Source: Tachypleus tridentatus
Lineage: Eukaryota
Assembly (NCBI RefSeq): GCF_004210375.1
Contig: NC_134831.1
Span: 98,825,522-98,889,521, forward strand
Direction: 5' to 3'
Length of the DNA stretch: 64,000 nucleotides
Positions 37,458 to 51,465 of this stretch are shown here, piece after piece. A program made the translations under genes and the position numbers. The notes beneath the pieces are model-generated. The model did not search any database. It was not told the DNA's origin and saw nothing but the letters and a program-made list of their open reading frames with translations. Numbering within the stretch: position 1 is the stretch's first letter; every line of letters begins with the position of its first letter.

Positions 37458-37704
37458 AGGCCTAGCATGGTCAGGTGTTTACAGCGCTCGACTCGTAATC
37501 TGAGGGCCGCGAATTCGAATCCCCGTCACATCAAATATGCTCAATGTAACAGTCAATCCTCCTTTTCGTTGGCAATAGTATCCCACGAGTTGGCGGTGGG
37601 TGTTGATGACTAGCTGCCTTCCCTCTATTTTTACTGCTAAATTAGAGACAGCTAGTGCAGATAGCTCTCGTGTAACTGCGCGAAATTAAAAAAACAAAGA
37701 AAAC
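37458..37704 (+). mobile_element. SINE family A copy with an internal deletion
   Basis: ggcctagcatggtcaggtgtttacagcgctcgactcgtaatctgagggccgcgaattcgaatccccgtcacatcaaatatgctcaatgtaacagtcaatcc ... gtgcagatagctctcgtgtaactgcgcgaaattaaaaaaac. Confidence 0.8.
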
Positions 37705-38704
37705 ATGCCTTTGCTTGTGGTTAGTGATTTTTTTTTTTTTACAAATAAAGCCTGTTCATAGAAAATGACTTAATTTAAAAACAAATATGGACGGTCGACA
37801 TTCGTATGCAGAACGGCCTAAAGTGAATAACATATACTTATGCTTATTTGAGTACATATGCAAATTATGTTGAGGTATATACTGTACTAGTGTTTCTATA
37901 GTATTAGTTCATTTCTCTTCGTGTTCAAGCAGATTGGAAGGAGAAAATGGAACAGTCCAGTTGTAAAAACTGCAGCATATATAAAAACTAAACCAGGAAG
38001 TCGTGTGTTCTAGAAACAAACAGTTTAATTGTAGGTTAAAAAAACCAAAACGAAACATTTGTCATGTAAATGTGGAAAATACTGATTAATATTTATATTT
38101 TAAATTGATATTCAAGAACAAATTAAAAAGCTTTTTCCATGTTTGTATTTTTCCTACCTATCACGTTTTCAGTCTTCTCGCACATCTGGCGTCAGCCACC
38201 CTGTCAACCCATCTTAAATGTAATGCCTCTTATGTTTTTCTCACTGTCCACTACAAAATAAATTTATAAACGTGACTGGCGATGAAACGACGTAGTTTCC
38301 AAACTTCCCATGATCCTCAGCGACACCAGAGTTTAGATAACAGAAGAAAAAACCGAGTAAAAATGATTAATTCGGATATTTATGCGAGAACGAACTAGAT
38401 CGAAGTTTGTAACGATTACAGAAATACTGTACATTGGAATGAGGAAACCCAAATGACTTCTGTGTTTTTAATGAAAGCAGACTAACATTTGAAGTTTTAT
38501 ACCTGCTTAAAACATCACAGCGCTGTCCTTTTTCTCTCTCCTAGTATCTGTATCTGAAGAAATGACTGTTTACTCTAAAGCTGCGTCGTATATAACAGAG
38601 CAAACAAGTTGTACGTTCCACAAATAATTAATTTATTCCAGCCAGGGTTTCGCTGATAAGTTTCTTTGCAGTTGTCCGGTGTCCTTAATTCTGTTTTTAT
38701 TTGT

Positions 38705-38897
38705 TGTTGTTTTTTAATTTCGCGCAAAGCTACATGAGGGCCATCTGCTCTAGCCGTTCCTAATTTAGCAGTGTAAGACCAGACGGAAGGCAGCTGGTCA
38801 TCACCAACCACCGCCAACTATTGGGCTACTATTTTATCAACGAATAGTGGGATTGCCCGTGACATTATAACGCCCCTGCAGGGGCGAGCATGTTTGT
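38705..38897 (-). mobile_element. SINE family A copy, head-truncated
   Basis: taatttcgcgcaaagctacatgagggccatctgctctagccgttcctaatttagcagtgtaagac ... gtgacattataacgcccctgcaggggcgagcatgtttg. Confidence 0.8.
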
Positions 38898-39224
38898 AAA
38901 AAAAAAACAAAAACCGCACAAATACAGAATTACGGTCAAAGTCCTAAAGGTTTGAAGTATTAATTATTTTTACTTCGTGTGTTAATGTGTGTGTCTGTTA
39001 AACGATCACCGGAGTTTTGTTTTACACCCATCTCGATGGGCTGTTTAGCCCACCAGTATATCCTAAAACAAAATAGCAATGCTTGGGCAAACTATTTATC
39101 TTGGTTTTGATTTTCTTATTCGGTGTTAATACTGCAGAATAATAGCTTACCCTAAGAAGCTGGTGTGTTCTCACTGGATTTTGAAGCATGGATAGCACTG
39201 AAAGTTTTGTTTACCAGTTACTTA

Positions 39225-39560
39225 GTTTAGAAAGGCATGATGCATACAATACAACTTGTATAATTAGAAAGGCATGATGCATACAATACAACTTGTATAA
39301 TTAGAAAGGCATGATGCATACAATACAACTTGTATAATTAGAAAGGCATGATGCATACAATACAACTTGTATAATTAGAAAGGCATGATGCATACAATAC
39401 AACTTGTATAATTAGAAAGGCATGATGCATACAATACAACTTGTATAATTAGAAAGGCATGATGCATACAATACAACTTGTGTAATTAGAAAGGCATGAT
39501 GCATACAATACAACTTGTGTAATTAGAAAGGCATGATGCATACAATACAACTTGTGTAAT
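39225..39560. repeat. 37-bp tandem repeat, about 9 copies
   Basis: ttagaaaggcatgatgcatacaatacaacttgtataa is repeated with period 37 (aaaggcatga at 39231 and again at 39268). The last copies carry tgtgtaa instead of tgtataa. Confidence 0.9.
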
Positions 39561-41065
39561 TAAATTATTTTTTGAAAATTTTACATGTCTTCCACATGTG
39601 GGTGTTGATAATTTTTCAGTTACAGGTAGCTTTAGTGTTTGGTTTATCCTTATCAGATAAGCTATTTTCACAAATTAAGTTGTTGTTTTTTTGTTATATT
39701 CACCCATAAGAGTTTGTCTTCCCACGCATCGTTCTTGCGCTTACCACCCCATCCGCCCATCTTAAATATAATACTTTCTATATGTCGCTCTAGAAAGCGG
39801 ACCACACTAGTCGCGTCACACTTTATGGGAGGAGCTAGATAGAAATTTGTTTAAACCATTGAATTTTAAGCTGTTAGATATAACCTGACTGTAAACTTGC
39901 TGAAAAATGTAAAACAATCTTTATATAACACAAAGCCAAAAGACTAAAATTGCATGTATTAGTATGGACGTGATACTTTAGAACTGGTTCGGTAAATAGT
40001 TCGACAGCTTCGTTCTTACTGAGATACATCTCAAGTACTCATTTCTTTCTTAAAAACGGACAATCTCGGTCTTAACCAGAACCAAATGCGTTATCATGTG
40101 ACTAGTCATTCTCTTACGACAGGTTGTGTGTCGTCTAGATGTGTAAACTTTATATTACAGGTTTAGTTTATCTAGATGCGGTTGTTTTGTTTAGAACTTT
40201 CTCGATATTTTTCGTGTAATATAGGATGTATAATTTACTAAGGTCAGAGGTTACAGTAAGTATGAGTCAATGTTTTGTCACGACTAAAACTTGCTTGCAA
40301 ATACTTTACCTAACAGTGTAGTCTTAGCTTATATTTTAAGCTACGTGTAGTTAAAGTAGAATTAGCTTAGCTGTAATCGAGATTAGTTTAAAATAGACCA
40401 TTTTCTAATCCATACGCAGGACTTTAGCAAGTTTTGGGTAAACATTACAACTTAAAGGTGTCTACAACCCGTTTTTCTCTTTGTTGCTGAGCAGTGTTTT
40501 CATCTCGGACAAGTTATGTTACAACAAACAAAAACTATCGATGTACGGGTAGTAACTAAGGTCTTACTCTCGTATTTTAGTTTAACCCATACAAGAGCTT
40601 GACATCTCACGTACAAAATACTCAAAAATAACATTGGTAATTCTCTCTCATATAAATCAGTTTAAGTTACGGTAAGATAGCATCTCACGTTCGATGTGAC
40701 AGTCAACTTTTCATGTTAATTCGTGAGTTCATTGTTTGTCTTTCTTGGTTTAGCTCTATGTTGCATCGCAGAAGATCAGGTTAGCAAAGTTCTAATTTTC
40801 CTTATGTAAAACCCTCGAAGTTATTGATCATTAGCCTCGTATGTCTAGGAAAATTGTAGTGTTGCTTTCAGTATAAACGTATTGGGCTGTAAGTTTATAC
40901 TAGTTCTTAAACAGTATGTTCTACACACGACCTCATTTTATGTACAATAATATATTAAATATTTTTTTTACTTTGTTTCACCTACAGTTCTGTTACGTCA
41001 GTCAAAACGTATACTGTGAACGTGCAATGACTGACGTTTGTTTCAGTCACAATAGATACAGATAT

Positions 41066-41297
41066 CGCCCTGCATGGCCCATCGTAATCTGAGGGTCTCG
41101 AGTTCGAATCCCAGTAACAACAAATACACCCGCCCTTTGGGGGCATTATAATGTGACGGTCAATCCCATTATTCTTTGGTAAAAGAGTTGGCGGTGGGTG
41201 GTGATGACTAGCTACCTTTCCCTCTAGTTTTACACTTAAATTAGGGGCGGCTAGTAGCCATCGTGTAGCTTCGCGCGAAATTCAAAAACATACAGAA
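41066..41297 (+). mobile_element. SINE family A copy (diverged, small deletions)
   Basis: ctgcatggcccatcgtaatctgagggtctcgagttcgaatcccagtaacaacaaatacacccgccctttgggggcattataatgtgacggtcaatccc ... gtagccatcgtgtagcttcgcgcgaaattcaaaaaca. Confidence 0.8.
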
Positions 41298-43268
41298 ATT
41301 GCGGAATGACAAAAAAAAAAATACTGAACTTAGTTTTACCCATTTAAAGGTGTGTATAAAACAGGCGTCGCTAGGTGCTTACAAGGTTCGAGGGTCGAGA
41401 CCATAGGCGCGGGAATTTCCGGCGTTTCAGTATGATATTGGTTATGGTTTCTTATTCTGATTTTCAGAGACAACTGGATATTCGAGGGCACGTGTACCAT
41501 ACTTAAGTTAACTCTAAAGCATAACATGTCTTTTAAATCTTGAAAAACCTAGCTTTAACGTTTTCTTGTTGTCATAATAATTCTATAGAAGTGAATGTTT
41601 TCTGTCGAATGAGGCTGGCTGTCGTAACGAATAGCCCAAGATAAAATGTTTCTCGCCGTAAATTATACTTGCTTCAAATTGAAGACGGGCAACTGAGTTT
41701 GTCACAGTTTATTGACAAAGTGTTTAACACATGTTAAGGAAACATGAGGTGACAAAGTAATACAGTGAGTTCCGAACTGACTGTAGCCAAAATGGCGCTC
41801 GGGATGCAATAAATAATTTGTCGCCCTATAAATGTTTCATCATCTTTATTTGATTTTTTTCACTTTGTTAACGTGGTATTTCAGTTTCTCAACGTTTTCA
41901 CACCATTTCAACAGTACTACTGTTAAAATAGCGTGTGGGCGTGTACATGAAGTCTATCTAAAACTAGGACTTAACCACAGATACTACTGGGCTCTTTTTA
42001 GGCATGTCTTAAGGATCGCATTAATGCAACTTTTGTAATTTGTACGAGGGGCTCTTGACGCCCCCAATACAGTTGCGTCCTGTCAGTAGCCTTCTTGCTT
42101 TGTCTGTAAAATATTCTTTGTTAATCTGATGACTAAACGTAATGTGTCCAAGTGGCCTCAACTTCTGTTGTATTATAATAATACATCGGTGCTGGGTTAA
42201 TTTTTCTCCTGACTGGGCAGTTCGAACGAGTGATTGACAGTGTTAGTCCATCATATGTTCCCCTTTAGAATTTAGCTATTACTGTACACAGTTTATTCAA
42301 AAGCTCTCATAAATTAAACAAAACTTACTGATTTATAGGGAGTTTAGCTGCCTGACTCTGAATTCCTTACAAAGTGGTGGCAGAATTTCTTTATATGACG
42401 CAAGAATAAAATAATTCCATCTTGGTTTTATATCTTGAGTTAAATACAACAAAAACTGTTTACAATAATATGTATGGAGTAAGATCTTGGATCTTACTGA
42501 ACTGTGTCAACAGACATGTAGACAGGACCGTACAAACTAAACGGTCAGTTCGTAGGCCCTATAGTCTTGAACCACTGCTCCATCACTTGAACTTACCACT
42601 GCAAAGGCAGTAAGTTAGCAGTACCCGCCACGCAAGGGATTTGTCCATCTTTTTAAACCGGATAATTGTTCCCTATCAACAACTCAGCTATAGCTGAAAG
42701 TGTGGAATCGCCTTTCAGACTAAAGACCACGCGATCTGCAACCAAGGACATTAATCCCTAGATCAGACGTACATGTTGGGATATGTACAAAAATATACGA
42801 GTAACCAATATTAATTTCCCATTTTACTGTCACAAGTCGGTTTTCTGAAGGAGGGTGAGAGAAAGATCTATTTCCATGGTACGTTCGTCCATTTAAAAAA
42901 CAATGTATGAATAGTTGGTCCACTTAAACAATTCATGAATACACACGCATGTGGTGTGTTGTGAACCTAATCGAATTTTAAGTTAACTTTTGTTAACGAT
43001 CGTGGTTTAACTTCCCCCACTCTTCCACATAAACCATTAAATCCGATTAACCACGACTTTTATGGTGAGTATCCAACTGTACTCACGAACGTTAAAGGCA
43101 GTGCTGAGGTCAGAGTAACTTGTTCTCAAACTGTCGAATTAAAACTGGATTCACTGTTTGTGGCGAGAGATAAGGAGGGTACGTTACAATAAGCTGGTGA
43201 GTGTATGTTGTACGTACTTAGAATAGGTCAAAATATACAGTGTGTGTGTATTAATTTCAACTTACATA

Positions 43269-43307
<39 letters not shown>
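43269..43307. repeat. (TG)n microsatellite, about 19 units
   Basis: gtgtgtgtgtgtgtgtgtgtgtgtgtgtgtgtgtgtg. Confidence 0.95.
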
Positions 43308-43309
<2 letters not shown>

Positions 43310-43582
43310 TCAACTTACCAGTAAAGGATGTAACTTCACATAAATTAACAATGTTTTTGTTGCTTATTTGGGAACTTCAGACCCACACTACGCGTCTCTG
43401 GGAAAATTCGTCTGTCCTCAAAAATATGTATGGTATCAATTTTATTTTACTTTTCTTGTAGTTAAACCAATTTATCCGACTAATGTCAGATGCTAACTAT
43501 CCTGATTATTAGATTTTAAAATGTTACAAAATTTACCTTTAAAAAACTAAATAAACACAAACGAACAAAACAATAGTACCAG

Positions 43583-43853
43583 CATTTTGGTTAAAGTTGA
43601 AGGCACTCGTCTCGTAATCTGAGGGTCGCGGGTTCTAATCCCCGTCACACCAGACATGCTCGCCCTTTAAGCTGTAGTGGCGTTATAATGTTACGGTCAA
43701 TTCCACTATTCGTTGGTAAGAGTAGCCCAAAAGTTGGGGGTGGGTGGTGATAACTAGCTGCCTTCCCTCAAGTCTTTGCTAATTTAGGGATTGCTAGCAC
43801 AAATAGCCCTCATGTAGCTTTGCGCGAAATTCAAAAACAAACAAACAAACAAG
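43583..43853 (+). mobile_element. SINE family A copy with a (caaa)n tail
   Basis: ggttaaagttgaaggcactcgtctcgtaatctgagggtcgcgggttctaatccccgtcacaccagacatgctcgccc ... gcacaaatagccctcatgtagctttgcgcgaaattcaaaaacaaacaaacaaacaag. Confidence 0.85.
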
Positions 43854-46384
43854 AGCCCTCTATTCGACTTTTTAATAACTTTAGAACGTGGTCAACTACA
43901 CCATTTAGATAAATAATTTGAAGGTAATGAAAGATAGGTTATAAATCTTGACTCATTTCAAACGAATAAAGAAAGGTATAGTTTAAAACTCGGTTAAAAT
44001 ATTGTTAAAATTCATATATTGTTAATGATACTAGTACCTTTTTGATACAAAAATACGTAAAACAATGTACAATATTGTACTGACATCTTCTAATGTAGTG
44101 GTTCCCAACCAGCGGTCCGCTAAGGTAACACCGTCTCATTAACCAAGTAAGTTTTAAACACTGCTGTTTACTAAATTGTACACTGAGTTATGTCTTATTT
44201 GATAGTGAAAAATTGGAAAACGAGTTAATTATTAGTTAATAAAAACAATTTGGGTATACGACATCTTTCAGAAATTAATAACAATAATGAAGTTCTTGAT
44301 GGTGAAAATGGCTGAGAATCACTGCTGTGATTTCTTAAAATGTGACTATTGACTCCAAGCTTATATTAGATAGCATATGAAACGTTCACCTTTGTTTGGG
44401 AGTCCACATTTTTGTTACATTAATGACTACATAGACACTATCTTCGCGCCATCTAGTATTACAAAGATTGTTTTGGTTGTGCCTAACTTTTTACACACTG
44501 CTTCGTTCACTAATTAGGACAAATCCTTCATCTAGTGACGTATACGTAACGCTCACAAGTACTTAATTTCTAGATGGAAAAAAGAGAAAAGAACCGGCAC
44601 TCTTTTGATTGGTGGGGATATTTTGGAAAGTAAAAATTTAATATTGTTGGTTACTGCCTCCAGGGGGCTCTAGGAAATAATGTAGTTGATTGATGTCAGT
44701 CAAAAATCAACTCCAGATAAAATTGAGGCATTCTTTAAGTATAGTTACAGGATTTCCATCTATTTCTATATTCAAAACAGTTTACGGATCTCCGATGAAA
44801 CAAATTAAGCACTGATGGTTAGCATTTGTAACATGTTAATTAACATTACTGACACCAATAAACCTATGCTCAAACAAAACCTTAGAAGAATCAGCGTAAC
44901 CACACTGATTTTGTCAAGTATTTCCGTACGTTAAACCTGACGAATTTTCTTCACAGTATTCAACATAAATCATGTTTGAAATTTAATGTCTGACTTCAAC
45001 AGTAATGTGACAGTTGCGTCTATGACCTTATTTTGTTGGCCGATAATTCTTATGACTGTGTAAGTTCATTCACATGTTTGCTACTCGACGTAAATATGAC
45101 GCACAATGGGAAAGTGACACCCACATTTTGCAGGTTATGAGTGACATGCACGTGCATGTAGAAAATTATTACTCATATAAACTTTAGTTTGTTTTCCCAG
45201 GGATGACTATCTGTGTCTAGTCTTTATTCATTGTAATATGTCGAACGTTTGTTATAGGAGTCATGTTATAAATACTATATTATATTCGTTCTTAGAATTG
45301 GACGAGGTTCGTCAAACGACAATATGAAAAGTTACGACAAATGATAAATTTGGTGTTTGGTGACGCACAGAGAACTTTATCCTTAAACATAAATTACGTT
45401 CCAAGTAACTGTTAATGTAGACTTAAGATTACCAGATATTCTAGTTTCAAAATCGACTAATATTTAAAAGATGTATTTTTATAAACTCTACCATCATTAT
45501 ATATTAAAATCTATTTTCAGTTAATCTAACTTGGTTTGTTTAATAGCTAGAATATTATTCATAATGTTTCTTTGTTATATCTAGCAAGCATACCAAAATA
45601 TTCTGGTTTTACCGTCGTACTAAGTAAAAAAAACAACAACAAACAAACTCCGATATAATTTAAAAACATTGTTTGGACCATATTTGATCATGTGACTCAA
45701 ACTTAACATAGTACCGTTATTTTGTTAAAACTAAAAGGTCAGATTTGAAGCAACTTTAGGTAAAATTATTTTCGAAGTAAGAGTACACAAACAAAATTTA
45801 ATGACCAGTTCTACATGTAGCAGCAATATTACTTAAAATAACTTCGCTACGTACGAAGAAGGTATGAGCGTACTGACACAACTGTCTCGCATATGGAAAA
45901 CTCATCTGACGTCTCACCATCCACCTCCATCTTTTGGGTTATTCTTGTCTGATCGAATAGCACCATTGGACTGATAGTCACGTAACGAGCACACTTACTG
46001 TCTGAAAATGCTAAGCGCGTTTTTCTAGAAACCAGAAGCGAACCGTTGGGATGTATCCTATTGGTTAACACAACCATACTCCATCTTATATTTTCAACTA
46101 AAAGTACGCAATAGCAAATTATAGCTATAATGTTATTATACAATGTTTATTACTGGAAACCCGTACTGGGCCGGTTTAGAATGATGTGCTTTAAGTTAGT
46201 TTGAGTTGCTTTGTTATACAGAAATATTATTATTAAACGTCGTGAGAGAACTTCCTTGTGGAACGTTTTATGAGAAGTAACGTCAAGATATAACGTTAGT
46301 TTTATAACCAATTTTGACTTTAGTTATACTGATGTGTGGAGTGCGAGAAAATTATAATTTAACACCACAAGTTTTCTTTTACAC

Positions 46385-46480
46385 GAGGTTCATATTTCTT
46401 AAGCTTACCCTGGAAAACAAATCAGTTAACACACGAGGTTCATATTTCTTAAGCTTACCCTGGAAAACCAGTCAGTTAAC
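46385..46480. repeat. 45-bp direct duplication
   Basis: acacgaggttcatatttcttaagcttaccctggaaaac(a/c)a(a/g)tcagttaac occurs twice in tandem. Confidence 0.8.
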
Positions 46481-46822
46481 AAAATACTTATCTTAATTAG
46501 CATTACGAAAAGTTGAAAGAATGCATCTTTTGAAGTTTCGTGTTACTCATGTTTATAGCTTTGGTCATCGTACTGGTCATCTTTGTTTATGTATTATTTT
46601 TTTAATCTGCCTTAAAGATAGGCTGTCTGTGCAACGTAATTGCCCGGAATCGCAAGATTTTTAGGGCATCACTTTAAATTACTGTTCACCCACGTCACTG
46701 TTTGGGTCTCACCTGTAGTAACCTTTATAATACAGGAGGGCATGATTGTTGTGTCACAAATTAGGCTTTGTTTATAAAACCAGTGCATCATTGATGACGA
46801 GAAACCCACTTGTTGAGAGATT

Positions 46823-46934
46823 TATATGCAAAACGGCTCGTTTGGGCTGAAAACACTTTTACATAGAAGGTCGAAACGTTGTTCGCTCTTCTATGTAAAA
46901 GTGTTTTCAACCCAAACGAGCCGTTTTGCATATA
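46823..46934. repeat. ~112-bp near-perfect palindrome (47-bp perfect arms, 18-nt partly self-complementary loop) flanked by a 16-bp direct repeat
   Basis: Left arm tatatgcaaaacggctcgtttgggctgaaaacacttttacatagaag (46824-46869). Loop gtcgaaacgttgttcgct. Right arm cttctatgtaaaagtgttttcaacccaaacgagccgttttgcatata (46888-46934). The direct repeat tataaaaccagtgcat lies at 46784-46799 and 46932-46947. Confidence 0.9.
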
Positions 46935-47569
46935 AAACCAGTGCATGTTATCTTTAGAACAATAAGCTACCGTTTATTTGAAGGACGATATTCACGTGGC
47001 ACGCACAACAAAACATCTCAGTTGTTCACTCAGGACTCGTTACTGTATCTCAAGCACTTTGAATTGAGTGTTTTGGCGAATCAAAATATTTTAACTGTCT
47101 AAAACAATTCCAATCAAAATAGCCGATTCAAACAAATGTAATGATTTAATTGTATTAAGGGCGTAATGATAAATACTTAAAGCTTAGTCTTTATAACTGA
47201 TTTTTCTAGCTGTTTTCGTGCTTGTTATCTTTCGTATATATAACTTGAACAAATGTTTGTTTGGACAGCCAAAATTAACTTAAAATGTCATTTTATAGTT
47301 TTAACTGGTGTTTCTACATTTATCTCGAATTAGAAATCTACGTTCCACCCTTCAGTTTTTTTTTTTACAAGGTTTTTCATTCCAAAAACATATACGTGAC
47401 AGTTACTTTATAAATTGATTATTCAGTATAATCATTAAACATTTTGTGAAGATCGCTTCTCACCTTGTTCACAAAATACATGTGTTATGTGATTAGTGTC
47501 GCGAAATTCTACAAAAGTAAGATCAGTGTATTAATTTTAAGAACATTTCGAAAACGTCTACGGATTTAC

Positions 47570-47640
47570 AACGCTAAAATCAAGGGTTCGATTTCCTTCA
47601 GCGGACTCCGCAGATAGCCCAATGTTGCTTTGCTATAAGG
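47570..47640 (+). mobile_element. SINE family B fragment (5 prime truncated)
   Basis: gggttcgatttccttcagcggactccgcagatagcccaatgttgctttgctataagg contains the T-loop box plus the cagatagccc...gctttgctataagg tail, as at 59310-59525. Confidence 0.5.
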
Positions 47641-48403
47641 ACGCGCGCGCTTCAAAAGGTAAAAATCCCACTGTGACTGGTTTATATAAACGTAATTTAC
47701 ATAGGAGGCTGGTTTGCCCAAGTGAACACCCAGTGTTACATAGGAGGCTGGTTTGCCCATTCTTAGCCTTTAATATTCCATATAGTTGATCAGAAGGTCT
47801 GTGTTGCTGATCGCCGTGCATCTATATATATTAGTTTCACAAGCCTGGCTAGTATACGAAACGTCTGTCTGTTTATCCTTTACCTAACTACTCCTAGATA
47901 GGTTGGCCAATGTGAAACAAATTTTGTGGGGTGATAGTTTGGAATAAACGGCATGCTATTGGAGGATTCACAATCACCTCTACCTCCAGTTATTGCTGTT
48001 ATTCAGCCTCTATTATTGTCTACGTAAGCTGACGTTAACTACATTCATAGATGGCACCACGACTTTACAAAAACAACAAACTATTATATAACGTGGCCAG
48101 TCAAATAATTATATGAAGACAAAAGGGGTCGCTGTTAACTTCCTTTCCGCCTCGATATTAATTGTAAGTAAATAGTATGTGATTCTTATAATCAGTATTA
48201 AATAGTAATTTCAAAAACAATGAACTTTATATCGTACGCACGCACGATGTCCAAACGAAAGAAGCTGTCACGAGGTAAAGATAGGAAAGTGACAGGTGGA
48301 AGAGCACTAGAGACAGCTGATGAAACTTCTGTAAGAAGGAAGTCGTCACAGAAAGAATCAGCTGCAGAAGTTATTGTTAGAGGAGAGTAAAATAAGAGAA
48401 CAT

Positions 48404-48612
48404 CAAGCTTAAAGAAAGGTTGTTGTTACTGGATGGAAATCTAGAATGTACCTCTAAACAGCTTATGGTTCAAGCTTAAAGAAGGGTTGTTGTTGTTATT
48501 GGATGGAGATCTAGAATGTACCTCCTAAACAGCTTATGGTTCAAGCTTAAAGAAGGGTTGTTGTTGTTATTGGATGGAGATCTAGAATGTACTTCTAAAC
48601 AGCTTATGGTTA
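48404..48612. repeat. ~70-bp tandem repeat, 3 copies
   Basis: caagcttaaagaa(a/g)g(g)ttgttgtt(gtt)a(c/t)tggatgga(a/g)atctagaatgtacct(c)ctaaacagcttatggtt recurs at 48404, 48471 and 48542. Confidence 0.85.
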
Positions 48613-48805
48613 CGATCCATATCATAGCTGTGAATCAAAGTATGTATGTGACGTTGGAAAAAGATGTATGTAACGTACTTTTTGTAGAGCAAAACGTCAG
48701 GACTATTTTGTGATAATGGCAAAATTGAATTGTACTCTTTAAGTGAACCGCCGTATCTTAATATACTTCAAGGAAATACTGAAATATCTAAAAACATACT
48801 AATAT

Positions 48806-48826
48806 TTGTGTGTGTGTGTGTGTGTG
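48806..48826. repeat. (TG)n microsatellite, about 10 units
   Basis: tgtgtgtgtgtgtgtgtgtg. Confidence 0.9.
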
Positions 48827-50704
48827 GCACAAAGCCTGTTTGTCCGTCTTAAATTACCCGTTGGTCCCATCTTAATTGAACTTTATGGGATGGAACAATG
48901 GCCATGTTAATGTTCACAGCCTTTCCAGCACCACTTTTGATATTGGCCATTTATTATATATTACGTTAACTACGTTTACAAATAACGAGACGTCAATACG
49001 TCATAAACACAATTTCTACAGCACAACATATACAGTGTAGGGGAGGGCACTAGCATTTTTTTTTCTAAAGGAATGTAATTTAAAAAATGGCCGCAACTAT
49101 TGTAGTACTACGTAAACTCAACTGAAGTTTCTATTCTAATATCTACCATGAAGATAGTCATTCAAGTTGTATTCACTTCCTTCACTGACTCGTAACCTTT
49201 CAACTTCGGTTGGTAAGATACTTCTGCGGCCAGTGACCCTTAACTGAAACACTGTGTAGGAAGAGGTAGAGAAAAATGTAGTGACGGTAGTTGTGCTTTC
49301 TGTGGCTCTTATTGCCATTCCAAAGACATACTGACCATCGCACAGTGTATATCATTATTTAAGTTTATACATACTAAAATCTTGTGTAAACTTTTGTGAA
49401 GTAATGACGTAATAACATGTTAAGTTGTGAATACATCGTGTCAAAATTAACAGATCCTTCAAGTTGTACACATCAAAGATGCGGAACTCAATGCGAGTAC
49501 TCTGGATTAGGTTCTCGAGTTTCGATACTAGAATGTACAATCGACTCGGCCACTGATGTAGCTGCTTCAGTGACCTCCTCCTGAGGCCGTCACTACTTGT
49601 ACAAGTATAGTTTCCGGCTCCTAAGTTAAGTGTTTCATTGTTTCTATATATGAATGAAAGTATTCTGTGTTTATAGATACATTTGCAGTGTAACTTGTTT
49701 CAACTAAATACCTCTTAAGCAGAAAAGATTAGGCCAGTTGTGTATTGTAATTTTGTTACAATCGTGTCTTTTTAGTAGGTTTATCCCCATTACACAACAC
49801 GTCAGCGAGTAATATTAAACAGGGGCGAATTATACAACCTTTTTTGCTACTGTTTATCAAAAGAAACTCTGTAGGTCTCGTACCAGTCCTGTCCCATTTC
49901 ATTGAAACAACGAAATTACGTTTGTAAACCGCAAGTCTTGTGATAACAATGGACCTCGTAGATCATCAGTTTTGAAACAATTGAAATTAGATGCGTAGAA
50001 AGTAATGCGGTTATTGATACGATAAAATCTCCATCTAATGATATTTATTTATTTAGTTAGTTATATTTTTAACACTTCATAGTACACGACCTCTATGAGC
50101 CAATAATCCACTTATAAGTTCCAGACAGCAACATTGTTGTTTATGCAAGCGATCTCACATTATGTATGTCTGCGAATCACTTTAACACTGTGTGAAATTT
50201 ATATGGTTTGGAGTATAATGAACCCACATTCAAATACCGTGGAGCTTGTCGCTGTTTGAAGCGCTGTTGTATGACTATCTTTTGTTTTCATAATGACGTG
50301 TAAGCTATCTTGAGAAGCCGTCAACAGCTGTCTACTGAAGATTTACTAACGTCGGGCATCAGTTGTTTCTTTTTATAAACTAATATTGTAGGTCACGAAT
50401 GTATGGTGATACTAGTTGGTATTTGGTTTGGTCGAAAGGCCTTTCACTAATGATGTAATTGTTACTTCTTGGGGTTTGACTCTCTGCACGTGCTGTTTAA
50501 AAGAGCCAACAGTTGTCTTTGAAAACTAATCAGATTCCATGTATGGAAATAAAAACATGTTAAGAGGTCGAATACTTTTATTCTCAGCATATGGTATTTA
50601 AAGTACAAGTTTTACAAGTACTAGTTAAAATACATTATTAGAGATAGGAACTTAACGTGATTTCATTCGTAGCAACGTGTTAAAAAAAAAATTAATGTTG
50701 TTAC

Positions 50705-50920
50705 TTTAATCCGAGGGTCGCGGGTTCGCGCCCGCGTCGCGCTAAACATGCTCGCCCTCCCAGCCGTGGGGGTGTATAATGTGACGGTCAATCCCACTAT
50801 TCGTTGGTAAAAGAGTAGCCCAAGAGTTGGCGGTGGGTGGTGATGACTAGCTGCCTTCCCTCTAGTCTTACACTGTAAATTAGGGACGCCAGCACAGATA
50901 GCCCTAGTGCAGCTTTATGA
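50705..50920 (+). mobile_element. SINE family A copy, 5 prime truncated
   Basis: Starts inside the head (taatccgagggtcgcgggttcgcgcccgcgtcgcgctaaacatgctcgccc) and runs through gacgccagcacagatagccctagtgcagctttatg. Confidence 0.8.
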
Positions 50921-51465
50921 TGGTGTTATTATACTGTTCACAACTTTACTTTGTTTAGGTTTATACTTTTTCATGAAATACACATTCGAGAACACTTTGC
51001 AGAGTTTTTCCTTGCACAGGTTCGTATAATACTGGGGGGAAAAGAAAACTATTGAATATTTTGAATTAAACGACAAAATAATGACAAATATTGCTAGAAT
51101 TGAATTATCACCTAAAACTGAGAGGAGCTGAGTTTTCATGACAACACTACCTTTGAAGTAGACGATGTTTCAGAAACAATCATATCGAGGGAACAACATG
51201 GTGGCAATACCTCCCGTACATCGAATGTTTTTATACGAATTTAGCCTTTTTTTTTCTTTTTTTTTTCAATATACATTTTCATTTTGTCGAACTTGAGGGC
51301 CTTTGATACACGATGTATTGATAAAATATCACATGGAATTCCAAGGTTATCCGATACGTTTCTACCTACGATGTATCAGAATACATTATCACTTATTTGT
51401 TGTGGTTTGTACTTTCACAGATAACAATACTATTAGAAGTTACCTATTGTTACTACCGTGTTTCT

